DNA of 64,000 nucleotides from an uncultured cyanobacterium (lineage in GTDB: Bacteria; Cyanobacteriota; Cyanobacteriia; PCC-9006; JAAUQQ01). Made by a program: the position numbers and the translations under genes. Below, one piece after another: positions 10,628 through 18,905 of this stretch. Below the pieces are notes generated by a model. The model was given only the letters and a program-made list of their open reading frames with translations. It was not told the DNA's origin and did not search any database. The stretch lies in NCBI GenBank assembly GCA_963718615.1, contig OY970368.1:3680001-3744000 (forward strand). Direction: 5' to 3'. Each line of letters opens with the position of its first letter. The first letter of the stretch is position 1.

Positions 10628-10635
10628 GCGATCGC

Positions 10636-10770
10636 CTAGCGATATCGCCGATCATCTACAGGAATCGGAATCAGCTCCGGTTCGGGTTCCACATCGGGTC
10701 CAAGGAGAGCCTCCACCAAGCGGCGAGCCCATTCCTTGAGCTTTTCCAAAATCTTATCAATATAATCCAT
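10636..10770 (-). CDS. atpT: 44-aa small protein, probable AtpTheta (Norf1) ATP synthase inhibitor
   Basis: [44 protein letters not shown]: amphipathic helix plus acidic Pro-rich tail, with AAGGAG upstream. Family assignment is from memory. Confidence 0.65.
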   Translation of the reverse strand: MDYIDKILEKLKEWARRLVEALLGPDVEPEPELIPIPVDDRRYR

Positions 10771-11069
10771 GAACTGGAGAACTCCTTGCTCGACATCCCA
10801 AACCTGTGAATGCGCCCATCGATTGTGATGCACGTAAGACAAAAGAATGGGGGGACATGAGTTTAGTCACGTTTCTTTCATGTATGGGAGATCATAGCGA
10901 ATCCTCGCCGAATTGGACAAGGGTATTACGCAGATTCCTGCCCTAGAGACCATGGAGAGCCCCTCAAAATCACTGAGGCTCCCCAGCCAAATGGCTGAGT
11001 CAAATTTTTTTATGCAAAAGTGATGACCTGGTCAAAACCTGTGCTACGATTCATAACCGTGGATAGCGA

Positions 11070-11151
11070 GGGTCGATGCCCGAGTGGTTAATGGGGGCGG
11101 ACTGTAAATCCGCTGGCACTGCCTACGCTGGTTCAAATCCAGCTCGGCCCA
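11070..11151 (+). tRNA. tRNA-Tyr(GTA)
   Basis: GGGTCGA/TCGGCCC acceptor stem, GCGGA-CTGTAAA-TCCGC anticodon arm, long variable arm, GTTCAAATC T-loop. Confidence 0.96.
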
Positions 11152-11160
11152 TCCACGTCT

Positions 11161-11232
11161 GCCCGTGTAGCTCAGTGGTAGAGCACACCCTTGGTAAGGG
11201 TGAGGTCACGAGTTCAAGTCTCGTCACGGGCT
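11161..11232 (+). tRNA. tRNA-Thr(GGT)
   Basis: GCCCGTG/CACGGGC acceptor stem and CACCC-TTGGTAA-GGGTG anticodon arm; in tandem with tRNA-Tyr. Confidence 0.96.
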
Positions 11233-11385
11233 TCTGAAGACTGGCGATTCCGTCTTGACTGAATCATCAGTCTAAATCATTGATAGTTTTTTTGATGGTT
11301 TTTACCCCGTGAGAAATTTCCGGTAGATTCACCGAATCTTTATGGTGGAAGCTCAGGATCCCTGAGGTCTCTCCTGTAAAGAGGA

Positions 11386-12855
11386 TTGTCAACTCAGCCC
11401 TTTAGCGCTGGTCTGCATCCCCTTACGAGAGCCTGCATGGTTGCCTCATTTTTTTTGCTCGTGCCCTACGGCCTCGTGCTGCTTTGGGCCGTTGTGCTTT
11501 TGGTGTTAACTGCCTTTTTGCTGTTGGAATGTGTGGCAGCTTGGTGGTCCTCTAATTCTGTGGCTGATTTTGCGATTGCTTTTGCGACTGATTTACCGGT
11601 TGATTCGGTGGCAGGTTCAGCGGGCTTAGGAAGAAGTAATACGTTGGGCCATCGTCAACCTCGGCCATTATCCCCTCGGCCCAGCGTGGCGGTGCTCGTG
11701 CCAGCCCACAATGAGGCGTCAGGCATTGAGCAGACCTTAATTCAGATGATTCCCCAACTGAATTCTACCGATCGGCTGGTGGTGGTGGCTGATAATTGCA
11801 GCGATGCAACTGCGGCGATCGCTCGTCAACTGGGAGAAACCCAAGCCTCTACCCAAATTCTTGTCCTAGAACGTCACAGCGAGACGGAGCGGGGCAAGGG
11901 CTATGCCCTGGACTATGGTCTACGGGCGCTGGCCCAATCCCCTCAGCCCCCTGATGTGGTCATTATGGTGGATGCGGATTGTTGGGTTCAGCCTCAAGCC
12001 CTAGGGCTCCTGGCGGCCATGGCCTGGCGCACCCAGCAGCCGGTTCAAAGTGCCTACACCCTGACACTGCCCCCTGGTATTACGACCGAAACCGCATCCC
12101 TCAAGGATCAGGTGACGCGGTTTGCCATGCAGGTCAAAAACCGAGTGCGCTTGCAAGGCTTGGCTCAGCTCCATCTGCCAGTTTTGCTGACCGGGACCGG
12201 GATGGCTTTTCCTTGGTCGGTGCTTCAAAAGGTCGATTTAGCCAGCGGACACCTGGTAGAAGACATGAAACTGGGTCTAGATTTGCTGTTAGCGGGATAT
12301 AAGCCCCAGTTTTGTGGCGCAGCTCAGGTCACCAGTGCGCTACCGGCTTGTCAAGCCGCAGCCCATAGTCAGCGCACCCGCTGGGAACATGGGCGGTTGA
12401 CGTTGATGCGAGATTATTTGCCTCGACTGGTGGTGGCGGCGATCGCCCAGCGACGACTGGGACCCTTGGTCTTGGCGCTCGACCTCTGCGTTTTGCCGCT
12501 TTCTTTGCTGACGGTGATGGTTTTTGGAGTTTGGAGCCTAGCGCTGGTGTTGGCCTGGGTCTGGGGGCTGCGGGAAGCGCTGGCGATCGCCAGCCTTGCC
12601 CTGGGATTCCTCGTCCTCGCCACAGGATTGAGCTGGAGCCGCTTTGGGCGTCAGGATCTGCCCGCTCGGCAGTTATGCCAAATTCCGCTGTTTATTCTCT
12701 GGAAATTACCCATCTATCTTCAATTTCTCATCCGTCCCCAGCGCCAATGGATTCGCACCGGGCGCGATGGAGGAACGGAGCTTGACCAACAAGCGCCCCA
12801 GGATGGACTCGAACCATCGACCGACTGCTTAGAAGGCAGTTGCTCTATCCGCTGA
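11386..12855 (+). CDS. Membrane family 2 glycosyltransferase (cellulose-synthase-like)
   Basis: VPAHNE, ADNCSD, GKGYAL, DAD, VED and QRTRW motifs with flanking TM helices. The start may be the ATG at 11437; the 3' end overlaps tRNA-Arg antisense. Confidence 0.9.
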   Translation: MSTQPFSAGLHPLTRACMVASFFLLVPYGLVLLWAVVLLVLTAFLLLECVAAWWSSNSVADFAIAFATDLPVDSVAGSAGLGRSNTLGHRQPRPLSPRPSVAVLVPAHNEASGIEQTLIQMIPQLNSTDRLVVVADNCSDATAAIARQLGETQASTQILVLERHSETERGKGYALDYGLRALAQSPQPPDVVIMVDADCWVQPQALGLLAAMAWRTQQPVQSAYTLTLPPGITTETASLKDQVTRFAMQVKNRVRLQGLAQLHLPVLLTGTGMAFPWSVLQKVDLASGHLVEDMKLGLDLLLAGYKPQFCGAAQVTSALPACQAAAHSQRTRWEHGRLTLMRDYLPRLVVAAIAQRRLGPLVLALDLCVLPLSLLTVMVFGVWSLALVLAWVWGLREALAIASLALGFLVLATGLSWSRFGRQDLPARQLCQIPLFILWKLPIYLQFLIRPQRQWIRTGRDGGTELDQQAPQDGLEPSTDCLEGSCSIR

Positions 12856-12866
12856 GCTACTGGAGC
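12794..12866 (-). tRNA. tRNA-Arg(TCT)
   Basis: Reverse complement GCTCCAGTAGCTCAGCGGATAGAGCAACTGCC-TTCTAA-GCAGTCGGTCGATGGTTCGAGTCCATCCTGGGGCG. Confidence 0.95.
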
Positions 12867-13129
12867 GGGTGCCGCTATCGTAGCAAACTCTTAGGAACTC
12901 TGTCCCCTGATGGCATCGAACCCGTCAAACGCTGCATTAAACCTCGGTCAAACGCACCGTGCACAATCCCCAGGGAAACCGCCAGAGAAAACCCGATAAA
13001 TCCGCTCTCAACGCCGATTAGGGAGAGTTCCCCGTGTTACCGTTGAAGGGGAAGAGAATCGCAATGCTACGGATTTTTGTCGCACCCGCCTTCCAACCCA
13101 TTCCTGTTCATTTCTAGGCTTCGCTGACT

Positions 13130-14536
13130 ATGCCTCCGAGAAAATTGTCTGATGACGACAAGGTTGCCATTGTTGAGCTCTATCGACAGCCCGGTGAAAC
13201 CACAGGGACAGTCTCTGAGAGATATGGGGTGAGCGTTAGCACCATTAGTCGGCTGCTCAAGGTTGAGCTGCCCTCGGGGGAATACGAAGCCCTGGTTCGC
13301 GAAAAGCGGAGCGGTGGGAGTAACAAAGAGGAGGAAAGCGAGGTTACCGCTGAATCCGATGATCCAATCGGTCCATCTAGTGAAAAAGGTAGAAGATCCA
13401 CGGTGCGATCGCGTCGAACAATCAAAAAGGCTTCAACCGTTAAAAAATCTGCAACGGCAGGCAGGACGGTCAAGAAAAGATCGGTGAGCGAGTCTGAGCC
13501 GGAAGACTTAGATTTAGACCTAGATTCAGAAGATCTAGATGTAGAGCCCGTGGCGATGCCAAAGGTCACTGAAGTGCCGGAGGTCGTTGCCACTAAGGTC
13601 GTTAGGTCGAAGCGCCCCACCAAGCGGGAGCGACCCAAGCCGGAACCTCCCAAGACTGAGCTATTGGGGCCAAAAGGCGGTGAGCTGGACTTCTCTGAGC
13701 CGGAGATGGCTGAATCTGAGCTCTCTAAGCCTGAAATTGCTAGACCTGAAATTGTCAGAGCTGAGACCCCTAAGCCTGACCTGCCTGAAATCATTGAAGT
13801 CGTAGAAGCTCCGGTGGTGAACAATCCGCCCGCGCGACCCAAACCGGTGCTAGCTTCAACCCGTCGCCGTCGTCGTCGCTCTCAATCGGAAGAAGACACT
13901 GAGAATATTGCCCAGCTAGATTTGCTTTCTAGTCCAGTGGCGCAAGCCGAGGAGCCTCCTACCCCCTTCGCTCTAGCCGAGACGCTGGATGAGGATTTGG
14001 ATGAAGATTTGGATGAGGATTTGAACGAACCTTTGGACGAACCCTTGGACGAAGATCTCGCTGAGAATCTAGAGGACTTAGATGATGAGGATCTAGAGGA
14101 CGAGATCGAAGACGATGACGACTTTGATGATGACTTTGATGAGGACGAGGACGACGAGGATGAAGATGAAGATCAGGTTGGCCTTTTAACCCGACGCCCA
14201 GGCTCGGCGGCGGAATTGCTCCAAGTGTTGCCACTAGGGGAGGCCGATCTGGCTCGGATGCTTTATCTGGTCGTCGATCGCACAGCGGATTTGGTGACTT
14301 GCCCGATGCAAGAGTTCAATGATCTAGGCCAGGTGCCAGCGGACGAAGAGACGCGGCAAACCCTGCCGGTGTTTGACAACCATCGGATTGCCCGCCGATT
14401 TTCGAAGCGTAATCAGCGCGTTATCAAAGTCCCAGATGGACGGCTGTTGGCGAAGACTGCGCCCTGGCTAGAAGCCAAAGGTATCACGCGATTTTTACTG
14501 GATGGCCAGGTTTACGCGCTGGACCTCAACTCCTAA
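13130..14536 (+). CDS. Cyanobacterial hypothetical protein: N-terminal HTH, disordered Pro/Glu linker, long Asp/Glu tract, globular C-terminal domain
   Basis: RKLSDDDKVAIVELY...ERYGVSVSTISRLLK HTH, DEDLDEDL... tract, and YLVVDR..LPVFDNHRIARRF C-terminus. Confidence 0.75.
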   Translation: MPPRKLSDDDKVAIVELYRQPGETTGTVSERYGVSVSTISRLLKVELPSGEYEALVREKRSGGSNKEEESEVTAESDDPIGPSSEKGRRSTVRSRRTIKKASTVKKSATAGRTVKKRSVSESEPEDLDLDLDSEDLDVEPVAMPKVTEVPEVVATKVVRSKRPTKRERPKPEPPKTELLGPKGGELDFSEPEMAESELSKPEIARPEIVRAETPKPDLPEIIEVVEAPVVNNPPARPKPVLASTRRRRRRSQSEEDTENIAQLDLLSSPVAQAEEPPTPFALAETLDEDLDEDLDEDLNEPLDEPLDEDLAENLEDLDDEDLEDEIEDDDDFDDDFDEDEDDEDEDEDQVGLLTRRPGSAAELLQVLPLGEADLARMLYLVVDRTADLVTCPMQEFNDLGQVPADEETRQTLPVFDNHRIARRFSKRNQRVIKVPDGRLLAKTAPWLEAKGITRFLLDGQVYALDLNS

Positions 14537-14546
14537 GCTCAGCCGC

Positions 14547-14759
14547 TCAGCGATTCACAAGACCCTGAACGGCCACCGCCCCCACCATTCCAGCCATGGC
14601 ACAAAAAGCGAGCAGGATGCCTACGGGTAAATTGATCAACGGGAAGGCCAAAAACTGGAGTGAGATGGGGGTGTAATTCTGGATGGCGAGGATGGCGATC
14701 GCCCCCACCCACAACGCACAGGTGACAGTCGCCAGCAACGGCAGTAAATTTTTCATAGG
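14547..14759 (-). CDS. Small two-TM LapA/DUF1049-like protein
   Basis: AILAIQN...ISLQFL...LPVGILLAF pattern. Confidence 0.65.
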   Translation of the reverse strand, partial: PMKNLLPLLATVTCALWVGAIAILAIQNYTPISLQFLAFPLINLPVGILLAFCAMAGMVGAVAVQGLVNR

Positions 14760-14778
14760 GTTCAATCCAGGCTTGATA

Positions 14779-15627
14779 TCAGTCCGGTATGGACAATGCT
14801 AGCTGATAAATTTGTCGCCGGGGCAGGGCGAGCTGGTCGGCCAGTTGGCGGCTGGCGCTGGAGCGAGACAGCCCTTGGCTCAAAAGTTGGGTCAACTCGG
14901 TTTTGATGGCTGCATCGGAGAGTTGAAGCGTTTCTAGGATCGCTCCGGCAACGATCAGCGTATATTCTCCTTGGGGAGGGCGAGTTTCGGTGTGGGCGAT
15001 CGCCTCTCCCACCGTGCCCCGCCAAAATTCTTCATGCAGCTTGGTTAATTCACGGGCAAGAACCATAGGTCGGTCGGGACCAAAGCGATCGCCCAAATCC
15101 ACCAAAGTTGCCCGCAGTCGATGGGGAGATTCGTAGAATACCAGCGTGCGCGGATCGGTTTTGAGCTGATCAAGGGTCTGGCGTCGCGCTTTGGATTTGG
15201 CGGGTAAAAATCCTTCAAACGTAAACCGTTCCGTTGCGATTCCGGCGGCACAGAGGGCAGTGGTTACAGCGCTGACGCCTGGGATCGGCACGACGGGAAT
15301 TTGGGCGGCAATGCAGGCCCTCACCAGATCCGCACCGGGGTCGGAGATTACAGGAATTCCCGCATCACTGACGAGGGCGATCGCCGCTCCTGCTTCTAAT
15401 CGCGTCAGCAAATCGGGGATCCGACGACTGCGGTTGTGCTCGTGATAGCTAAGTTGGGGGGTTTCGATTTGAAAAGCCTGGAGCAGTTTGCCCGTGTGGC
15501 GGGTGTCCTCTGCGGCAATCCAGTCCACAGCTTTGAGAATTCGCACCGCTCGAAACGTCATGTCCTCCAAATTGCCAATGGGGGTGGCGACAACGTAGAG
15601 GGTGCGGGGCTGGGGCTCGGAAGGCAT
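14779..15627 (-). CDS. rsmI: 16S rRNA C1402 2'-O-methyltransferase
   Basis: LYVVATPIGNLEDMT.RA, AAEDTR, VSDAG.P.ISDPG, YESPHR and RELTKLHEE motifs. Confidence 0.95.
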   Translation of the reverse strand: MPSEPQPRTLYVVATPIGNLEDMTFRAVRILKAVDWIAAEDTRHTGKLLQAFQIETPQLSYHEHNRSRRIPDLLTRLEAGAAIALVSDAGIPVISDPGADLVRACIAAQIPVVPIPGVSAVTTALCAAGIATERFTFEGFLPAKSKARRQTLDQLKTDPRTLVFYESPHRLRATLVDLGDRFGPDRPMVLARELTKLHEEFWRGTVGEAIAHTETRPPQGEYTLIVAGAILETLQLSDAAIKTELTQLLSQGLSRSSASRQLADQLALPRRQIYQLALSIPD

Positions 15628-15630
15628 GGA

Positions 15631-15694
15631 GTGATTGAACGGTGATTGAACGGTGATTGAACAGACAGTGATTGAACAGACAGTGATTGAACAG
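15631..15694. repeat. Tandem GTGATTGAAC repeats (11- and 15-bp periods, 5 copies)
   Basis: gtgattgaacg gtgattgaacg gtgattgaacagaca gtgattgaacagaca gtgattgaacaga between cobT and rsmI. Confidence 0.85.
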
Positions 15695-15713
15695 AGTCTT
15701 TTCAGTTGGACTC

Positions 15714-16901
15714 TCAGTTTACGGCCCTTCGCCAAAGATAGTAGCGATCGCAAAACTCATCCAAATCCTCCTGTAGCTGCGCGAGGGAACAACCCGTCGC
15801 GAGGCTGGTGGCGATCGCACTCCCCCCGGCGGCAACCCCTTCTTTCACAAAACCGGCTTCGTAGGCCCGTAGGGCTCTATGGCGAGAGCGGGAGAAGTCT
15901 AAGTCCGTCGCCAGGAGAATGGGCGGGGGTGGGTTGGAAAAGCGATCGCCAATGGCCCGCGCCAAACCTGGGGTATCGCCCGAGGGATCGGCGGCAACCC
16001 AGCGGGTCGTACCAATGGCGATGTTGTCTGGGTTCCAATGTTTTTTTTGAAGGGATGAATGAGTCTGAGGCGACAGCGTCATCAGGGCTGCGGCAATGGC
16101 GTACACCGCTAGCATTTGCGTACCGCCGGCCAAGAGAACGCCGTGGGTTGGGCTGAGGGCAATTGCCATTCCTGCCACCACAAGCTGCATCGGATCCCCC
16201 ACTGCCGCCGTAATTTCAACGGCATTTTTCTGTCCCCGAGGTGGGTCACCCAGGGCTTGTTTTAATCCCTGGTGGGCGATCGCAGCCTTTTGGCCATGGT
16301 TACAGTGCGGATGACTGCTATTTACCCGCCCCTGGGCCGCAACCCCAAGACCCAAGAGCACCGCCAGGGCACTCGTGGTTCCCCCCACGACACATTCTCC
16401 TAGCACCCAATAGGAACCTGAGGGCGATCGCGCCGCCTGGGCAGTTCCCCAGGCTAACCCCGCTTGCAAGAGATGGTGCGCCCTGTCCAAGGGCAAGGCG
16501 GCTCCCGTGCTCACACAACGGGCAACTTGGCCTTGCAGATCCACTTGTAAAACGCCGGGGCAGGGGGGGAGTGACAAGGGCACCGGCAAGCCCGCATCCA
16601 AGAGGGTTACCGGAATCTGTCCCTGCTCCACGAGGGCACGGGTAATGAGGACTGGCGACACCCCTGCGGTCAAGGGCGGCAAGGGATAACGGGGGGGGCC
16701 GCTGAGCCCCTGGGCTAAAAACTCTGCGTCGGCAAGGGCAGTCCAGCGGCGATCGCTCGGCGTCTGACCCGCTGCCGAAATGCCAGGGATCAAAGCCGTT
16801 TCCGTAAATCCCAAAACACAACCGAGGGACCAAGGCTGTCCTCGAAACCGAGCTAGCCAAGCCTCGCCCCGCTGCCGTTCGGTATAGATTTGGATTGACA
16901 T
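15714..16901 (-). CDS. cobT: Nicotinate-mononucleotide-dependent phosphoribosyltransferase (cyanobacterial/archaeal CobT type)
   Basis: LGFTETALIPGISAAG, GECVVGGTT, VGDPMQ, LAGGTQM and YEAGFVKEGV motifs. Confidence 0.85.
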   Translation of the reverse strand: MSIQIYTERQRGEAWLARFRGQPWSLGCVLGFTETALIPGISAAGQTPSDRRWTALADAEFLAQGLSGPPRYPLPPLTAGVSPVLITRALVEQGQIPVTLLDAGLPVPLSLPPCPGVLQVDLQGQVARCVSTGAALPLDRAHHLLQAGLAWGTAQAARSPSGSYWVLGECVVGGTTSALAVLLGLGVAAQGRVNSSHPHCNHGQKAAIAHQGLKQALGDPPRGQKNAVEITAAVGDPMQLVVAGMAIALSPTHGVLLAGGTQMLAVYAIAAALMTLSPQTHSSLQKKHWNPDNIAIGTTRWVAADPSGDTPGLARAIGDRFSNPPPPILLATDLDFSRSRHRALRAYEAGFVKEGVAAGGSAIATSLATGCSLAQLQEDLDEFCDRYYLWRRAVN

Positions 16902-16905
16902 TACC

Positions 16906-17739
16906 CTATTCGGTTTCTAGTTCCAGCATGACCTGAACCCAATTCGGGGGATCGGGCACCCGCAGCCCCAGCCGCTTGAGCAAAAACCAAGCTGCCAGGT
17001 GAACCGCAAACAGATAAATCAAGCCATTGATCACCACCAGAACCACGGCCAAGATCTGCACCACCTGCAAATCGGGTTGGATTAATAACCCCAACCGAAT
17101 CGAGACCCAGCTAATCAGCTTGGTGACTTGGGTGGTGACATAAATCCAGAGGTCTTCGCCCAGGAGCACCGAAGTGAGCGCCACCCGAAAGAAAAATCCA
17201 ATGGTGTTAATAATCGTGCCGAGAAAAATAGACAGACCCCAGCCCGCACCCCGTCGCCAGCAACAGCCAAATAACACCCCCAATAATCCTGACGGCATTA
17301 GAAAAAACAGACTCCGTACGGGTCCCATAAACACCGTTAACAGCAAACTGGAGACCACGGTCGCCATCCAGGCCGCCCGCAGATTCCAGCGGAGATAGAC
17401 TAGGGCAATCGGGATGGGAAAACAGATCCGCCAAATTGGCCCCAGGGGAAAATAAAAATTGATCAGCCACAGCAAACTGGTTGTGCTAGCCAAAAACGCC
17501 GTTTCGACTAGGGCAACGGGGGGCTGCACTAAGGTTGTGGGGCGGAGTAAGGGAACCATCGGGGCCGCCGGGGGACTCCAGGTCTCTCCAGAGGGAATAG
17601 CTCCATCGACCCACTCCTGCCAGCTATCGCTGTTACTGTCCATAGGACGGTCGGCGGAACCGGCCTCCAGAGGCCCCGACTCCGGCGCGGCGGATTGGGG
17701 ATCGTGGGAATTTGAAGCAGCGGGTTTGGACATGGGCAA
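16906..17739 (-). CDS. DUF2232 membrane protein
   Basis: LVETAFLAST.SLLWLINFYFP...PIPIALVYLRW; multiple TM helices. Confidence 0.8.
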   Translation of the reverse strand: MPMSKPAASNSHDPQSAAPESGPLEAGSADRPMDSNSDSWQEWVDGAIPSGETWSPPAAPMVPLLRPTTLVQPPVALVETAFLASTTSLLWLINFYFPLGPIWRICFPIPIALVYLRWNLRAAWMATVVSSLLLTVFMGPVRSLFFLMPSGLLGVLFGCCWRRGAGWGLSIFLGTIINTIGFFFRVALTSVLLGEDLWIYVTTQVTKLISWVSIRLGLLIQPDLQVVQILAVVLVVINGLIYLFAVHLAAWFLLKRLGLRVPDPPNWVQVMLELETE

Positions 17740-17753
17740 AGGTTAAACACAAA

Positions 17754-18458
17754 TTATCCAACTAACGCCTCTAGGGCGGCCAGATCCGGGATTTGCATGA
17801 TGTCGCGATCGCGCACCACCAATCCCTTCTTCTCTAGCTTACGCAGCACCCGCGTCACCGTTTCACGCGCCAGACCGCTGAGGCTGCTGAGTTCCCGGTG
17901 AGGAAAGGCAGGAATCACCCAGCCGGAGCCCTCGGGTCTGCCTTGGCCATCCACCAAAAACAGCAGCACATCCACCAACCGCGCCGTACTGTCTGCTTCC
18001 CGCAGTCGCAGTCGCCGATTGACCTGCCGCAGCCGAGAGGCTAAGAGCTGAGACAGATGCACCCCCGCTAAAGGTTCCGTATGCAGCAAGTCCAGAAAAT
18101 CCTGGGCCGGAATACTACAGATATGCGTATCCAACAGCGTAATCACATCCGTGGACCGGGGAATGGCATCCAACGCCGCCATTTCGCCAAATAGATCGCC
18201 GTTGGTTAAAAGATTGAGCGTGATTTCCTTACCATCGAGATTGTGGGTCCTGACTTTAACCCAACCCTCCAAAATAAAATGGATCGAGGCTCCCCCATCA
18301 TTCTCAAAGACAATGACATGGTTGGCCGGATAGCTCCGGAGAACCGGGTGAGCGATCGCACGCTCCACTGATTCCACGGGTAATCCCTTAAATAAATTGC
18401 AGTGCTTCAGCAAGATCGGTCGCCAATCAGCGTCGAGGGAGCCATGCCGGTAAGCCAT
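17754..18458 (-). CDS. Crp/Fnr-family transcriptional regulator
   Basis: cNMP domain FGEMAALD..PRSTDV and HTH ELSSLSGLARETVTRVL. Confidence 0.92.
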   Translation of the reverse strand: MAYRHGSLDADWRPILLKHCNLFKGLPVESVERAIAHPVLRSYPANHVIVFENDGGASIHFILEGWVKVRTHNLDGKEITLNLLTNGDLFGEMAALDAIPRSTDVITLLDTHICSIPAQDFLDLLHTEPLAGVHLSQLLASRLRQVNRRLRLREADSTARLVDVLLFLVDGQGRPEGSGWVIPAFPHRELSSLSGLARETVTRVLRKLEKKGLVVRDRDIMQIPDLAALEALVG

Positions 18459-18905
18459 TCACACGTAAACTCTGGGCAGAGGAATTTCATCGTCATCATA
18501 CGTCAATCCCTGGACCGATGGACAGGGCAAGGCACTCGGCATTCCCAAAATAAGACCGATCCCAAAGGCTTGCATCGGTCACCTCAGCCCCTAAGATATT
18601 TCCAGTTTTAAGATATTCCCGGTATTCCCGGTTTGAAGGTCCAGATCGAAATCCCAAACCAGGGTTTAGATGCCCTGATGTCTTAGGGGCAACCGCCCCC
18701 TAAGGGGCAGCTCCCGCAGCTCCAACAGGGGCTTTGGCATACGCAAATGGGGGTGCGATAAATCTAACACCCGGTGTTAAGCTAGGCACGAAAGCAAGAT
18801 CTTGATGGTTAACCCTTTCGTGGCAGCCACAGCCTCTACCCAGTATCATTGGCCAATTTAGCTGGGTGGAAAGAAGACCTTTAGCCATCCACATGAGGTG
18901 CTGGC

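Noticed and set aside
15631-15753. N-terminal extension of RsmI (CSITV repeats)
   Set aside because: It derives from an intergenic tandem repeat; the real start is probably the ATG at 15627.
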